DNA of 63,712 nucleotides, counting the filler, from Lama guanicoe (taxonomy: Eukaryota): assembly GCA_013239625.1 (NCBI GenBank). It is 185 parts of 185 records of this genome, joined end to end, with 100 filler letters (N's around TTAATTAATTAA, not from the genome) between each part and the next. Parts side by side here need not be neighbours in the genome. Positions count along the whole stretch, not along the records: positions 62,088 to 62,332 come from PNXV01047426.1; positions 62,433 to 62,677 come from PNXV01047427.1; positions 62,778 to 63,022 come from PNXV01047428.1; positions 63,123 to 63,367 come from PNXV01047429.1; positions 63,468 to 63,712 come from PNXV01047430.1; 180 more parts are not named here. One strand, given 5' to 3'. Shown one piece after another: positions 62,090 through 63,712 of this stretch. How positions within the stretch are numbered: position 1 is the stretch's first letter; each line of letters starts with the position of its first letter. The notes under the pieces were generated by a model. It saw only the letters and a program-made list of their open reading frames with translations. It did no database searches and was not told where the DNA came from. The position numbers were made by a program, and so were the translations under genes.

Positions 62090-62332
62090 TCCCCCTCCTC
62101 CTCCTCCTCCGTCCTGTTCCTGGACACCCTGGAGGAGGTGGATGATTCTGGGACACCCAGTGCCCCGCAGAGCCCTCGGGGTGTCTTCTCCTTCCCCACT
62201 GCTGACGACGCCGCCCCTCCATGGAGCCAGTCGGAAGACGACACCTCCAGCAGCCAAGATGAGGAGAGGCCCAGCACCGGCCTGGACCCCGCAGATGCCA
62301 AGTCCTCACACCCAGACCCATTCCATTTGAAG
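62090..62332 (+). CDS. MAGE-A-like (type I MAGE) N-terminal region, open across the contig (partial)
   Basis: SPSSSSSVLFLDTLEEVDDSGTPSAPQSPRGVFSFPTADDAAPPWSQSEDDTSSSQDEERPSTGLDPADAKSSHPDPFHLK matches the MAGE-A pattern SSS..TLEEV...P..PQSPQG..S.PT....WSQS.E.SSSQEEEGPST. Confidence 0.85.
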
Positions 62333-62432
62333 NNNNNNNNNNNNNNNNNNNNNNNNNNNNNNNNNNNNNNNNNNNNTTAATTAATTAANNNNNNNNNNNN
62401 NNNNNNNNNNNNNNNNNNNNNNNNNNNNNNNN

Positions 62433-62677
62433 TAGAATCACTGCTGGTGTAATCAACTTAAGAGGAGATCAGACTGGATTAAGGTAAGCCCTGATCCAAT
62501 GACTGGTGTCCTTATTAAAAAAAAAGAGAGAGAGAAATTTGCACTTTAAGATGCACAGCCACATGGATACGCAAAGGATAAGGTAGAGATTGCAGTGATG
62601 TACCCACAAGCTAAAGAACACCAAGGATTGCTGGCATTTACCAGAAGCCAGCAAGAGGAAAGGAAGCATCCTTGCCT
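62433..62677 (+). mobile_element. MLT1B/C-like MaLR LTR
   Basis: actggatta.ggt..gccct.atccaatgactggtgtccttat...agagattg.agtgatg...ccacaagc.aa.gaacaccaaggattgctggca. Confidence 0.88.
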
Positions 62678-63122
62678 NNNNNNNNNNNNNNNNNNNNNNN
62701 NNNNNNNNNNNNNNNNNNNNNTTAATTAATTAANNNNNNNNNNNNNNNNNNNNNNNNNNNNNNNNNNNNNNNNNNNNGGCTCTGGAGAAGGTTACCATCC
62801 TCGTGAAAAGCACTGTGCCTTTACTCTGCCACTTGGGTTAGCCCTGCCCTTCTTTGCCCTATAAGACCCTCCAGCCCTTTAGAATCCAGCTGGGATGTCA
62901 CCCCCTTGTGATGCCTCTCCAGACTCGCACTGATGGGCTGCTTCAGGCATCCTTCTGCTGTAGAGTCTTGACATACTTGTGACGTACTTGGGTTGTGAAG
63001 TCATCGCACTGTAGTGACTGTTNNNNNNNNNNNNNNNNNNNNNNNNNNNNNNNNNNNNNNNNNNNNTTAATTAATTAANNNNNNNNNNNNNNNNNNNNNN
63101 NNNNNNNNNNNNNNNNNNNNNN

Positions 63123-63367
63123 CTAAGCCTTCAGTGAGTTGTAATCTTTTTGTTGGTGGAGGGTCTTGCCCTAACGTGGGTGGCTGCTGACTGATCAGGA
63201 TCGTGGCTGCTGAAGGCTGGGGTGGCCGTGTGGCAATTTCTTAAAACTGGACAACAATGAAGTTCGCCACATTGACCGGTTGATTTCCTTTCACGAATGG
63301 TTCCTTTACGGCGTGCACTGCTGTCTGACAGTGTTTACGCACAGCAGAACTCCCTTCAAAACTGGAG
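63123..63367 (-). mobile_element. Tigger1 transposase 3' region
   Basis: agccttcagtgagttgtaatctttttg.tggtggagggtcttgcc...ggctgctgactgatcagg...ggcaatttcttaaaa...acaacaatgaagtt.gcc. Confidence 0.93.
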
Positions 63368-63467
63368 NNNNNNNNNNNNNNNNNNNNNNNNNNNNNNNNN
63401 NNNNNNNNNNNTTAATTAATTAANNNNNNNNNNNNNNNNNNNNNNNNNNNNNNNNNNNNNNNNNNNN

Positions 63468-63640
63468 TGTGGCAGGAGCAGACAGAGAGAAGATGAGGGA
63501 GGGAATGCGTGGGTCTGGAGAGTCAGGCTGAGGCCCTCTCATGCATACCCCGGTGGACTGAGTCAAGACCTTGACTCCTACCCTAAGTGCAAGTGGAAAC
63601 CATTGAAGAATTTGAGGGAGGTAACCAATGCAATCCACAC
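63468..63640 (-). mobile_element. LINE-2 fragment
   Basis: aagaccttgact..taccctaagtgcaa.tggaaaccattgaagaattt. The ORF track shows the sense LQWFPLALRV pattern typical of L2. Confidence 0.65.
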
Positions 63641-63712
63641 CAAGCCAGGAGAGGGACACCAGTGAAATGCCTTTGGAAGGTATTAAATATGAGAGGATTT
63701 ATCCAAGATTGA

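Larger units (their letters stand above)
245..63467. other. 184 artificial 100-nt contig spacers (N44-TTAATTAATTAA-N44) separating 185 contigs of ~245 bp; first spacer 245-344, last 63368-63467
   Basis: The same spacer recurs every ~345 nt. The linker is palindromic with TAA at offsets 2, 6 and 10, giving stops in all six frames. 185x245 + 184x100 - 13 = 63712. Confidence 0.99.

Noticed and set aside
289..63423. Regularly spaced TTAATTAATTAA with unique intervening sequence as a CRISPR-like or novel repeat-spacer array
   Set aside because: Each copy sits between exactly 44 Ns on both sides and is a designed six-frame stop linker. The intervening pieces are mammalian genomic contigs, and there are no cas-like genes.
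443..63659. Most entries of the supplied ORF track
   Set aside because: Many reach 60 aa only by reading through Ns to the linker stop (X-runs, LIN endings), many use non-ATG starts, and they show no recognisable homology.
1..63712. A multi-component system built from co-occurring RT, protease, transposase and repeat fragments (retron- or DGR-like)
   Set aside because: The pieces come from unrelated contigs grouped only by length. The RTs are ordinary L1 (YADD) and class III ERV (YIDD) fossils.

Overview
This window is not contiguous DNA. It is an artificial concatenation of 185 short contigs (175 of 245 bp, 10 of 242-244 bp), joined by 184 identical 100-nt spacers (N44-TTAATTAATTAA-N44, a palindromic linker with stops in all six frames). 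Neighbouring fragments have no biological relationship, so no operon-like or multi-gene system can be inferred, and I found no evidence for a new biological system. The fragments are eutherian mammal DNA, most likely camelid, judging by the tRNA-derived SINE and the LINE-1 ends. Many are interspersed repeats: L1, L2, MIR, Tigger, hAT MERs, MaLR/ERV LTRs, and class III ERV pro and pol pieces. Recognisable gene-derived pieces are a diverged but open cTAGE5/MIA2-like intronless frame, a DGKZ retrocopy, an RPL29 processed pseudogene and a MAGE-A-like frame. The most informative cross-fragment signals are a ~249-bp tandem satellite reconstructed from three permuted copies, a degenerate (AGAATAT)n satellite, and a 97%-identical contig pair with exactly 49-bp identical flanks (a de Bruijn bubble signature). 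All family assignments come from my recall of consensus sequences; no searches were run.
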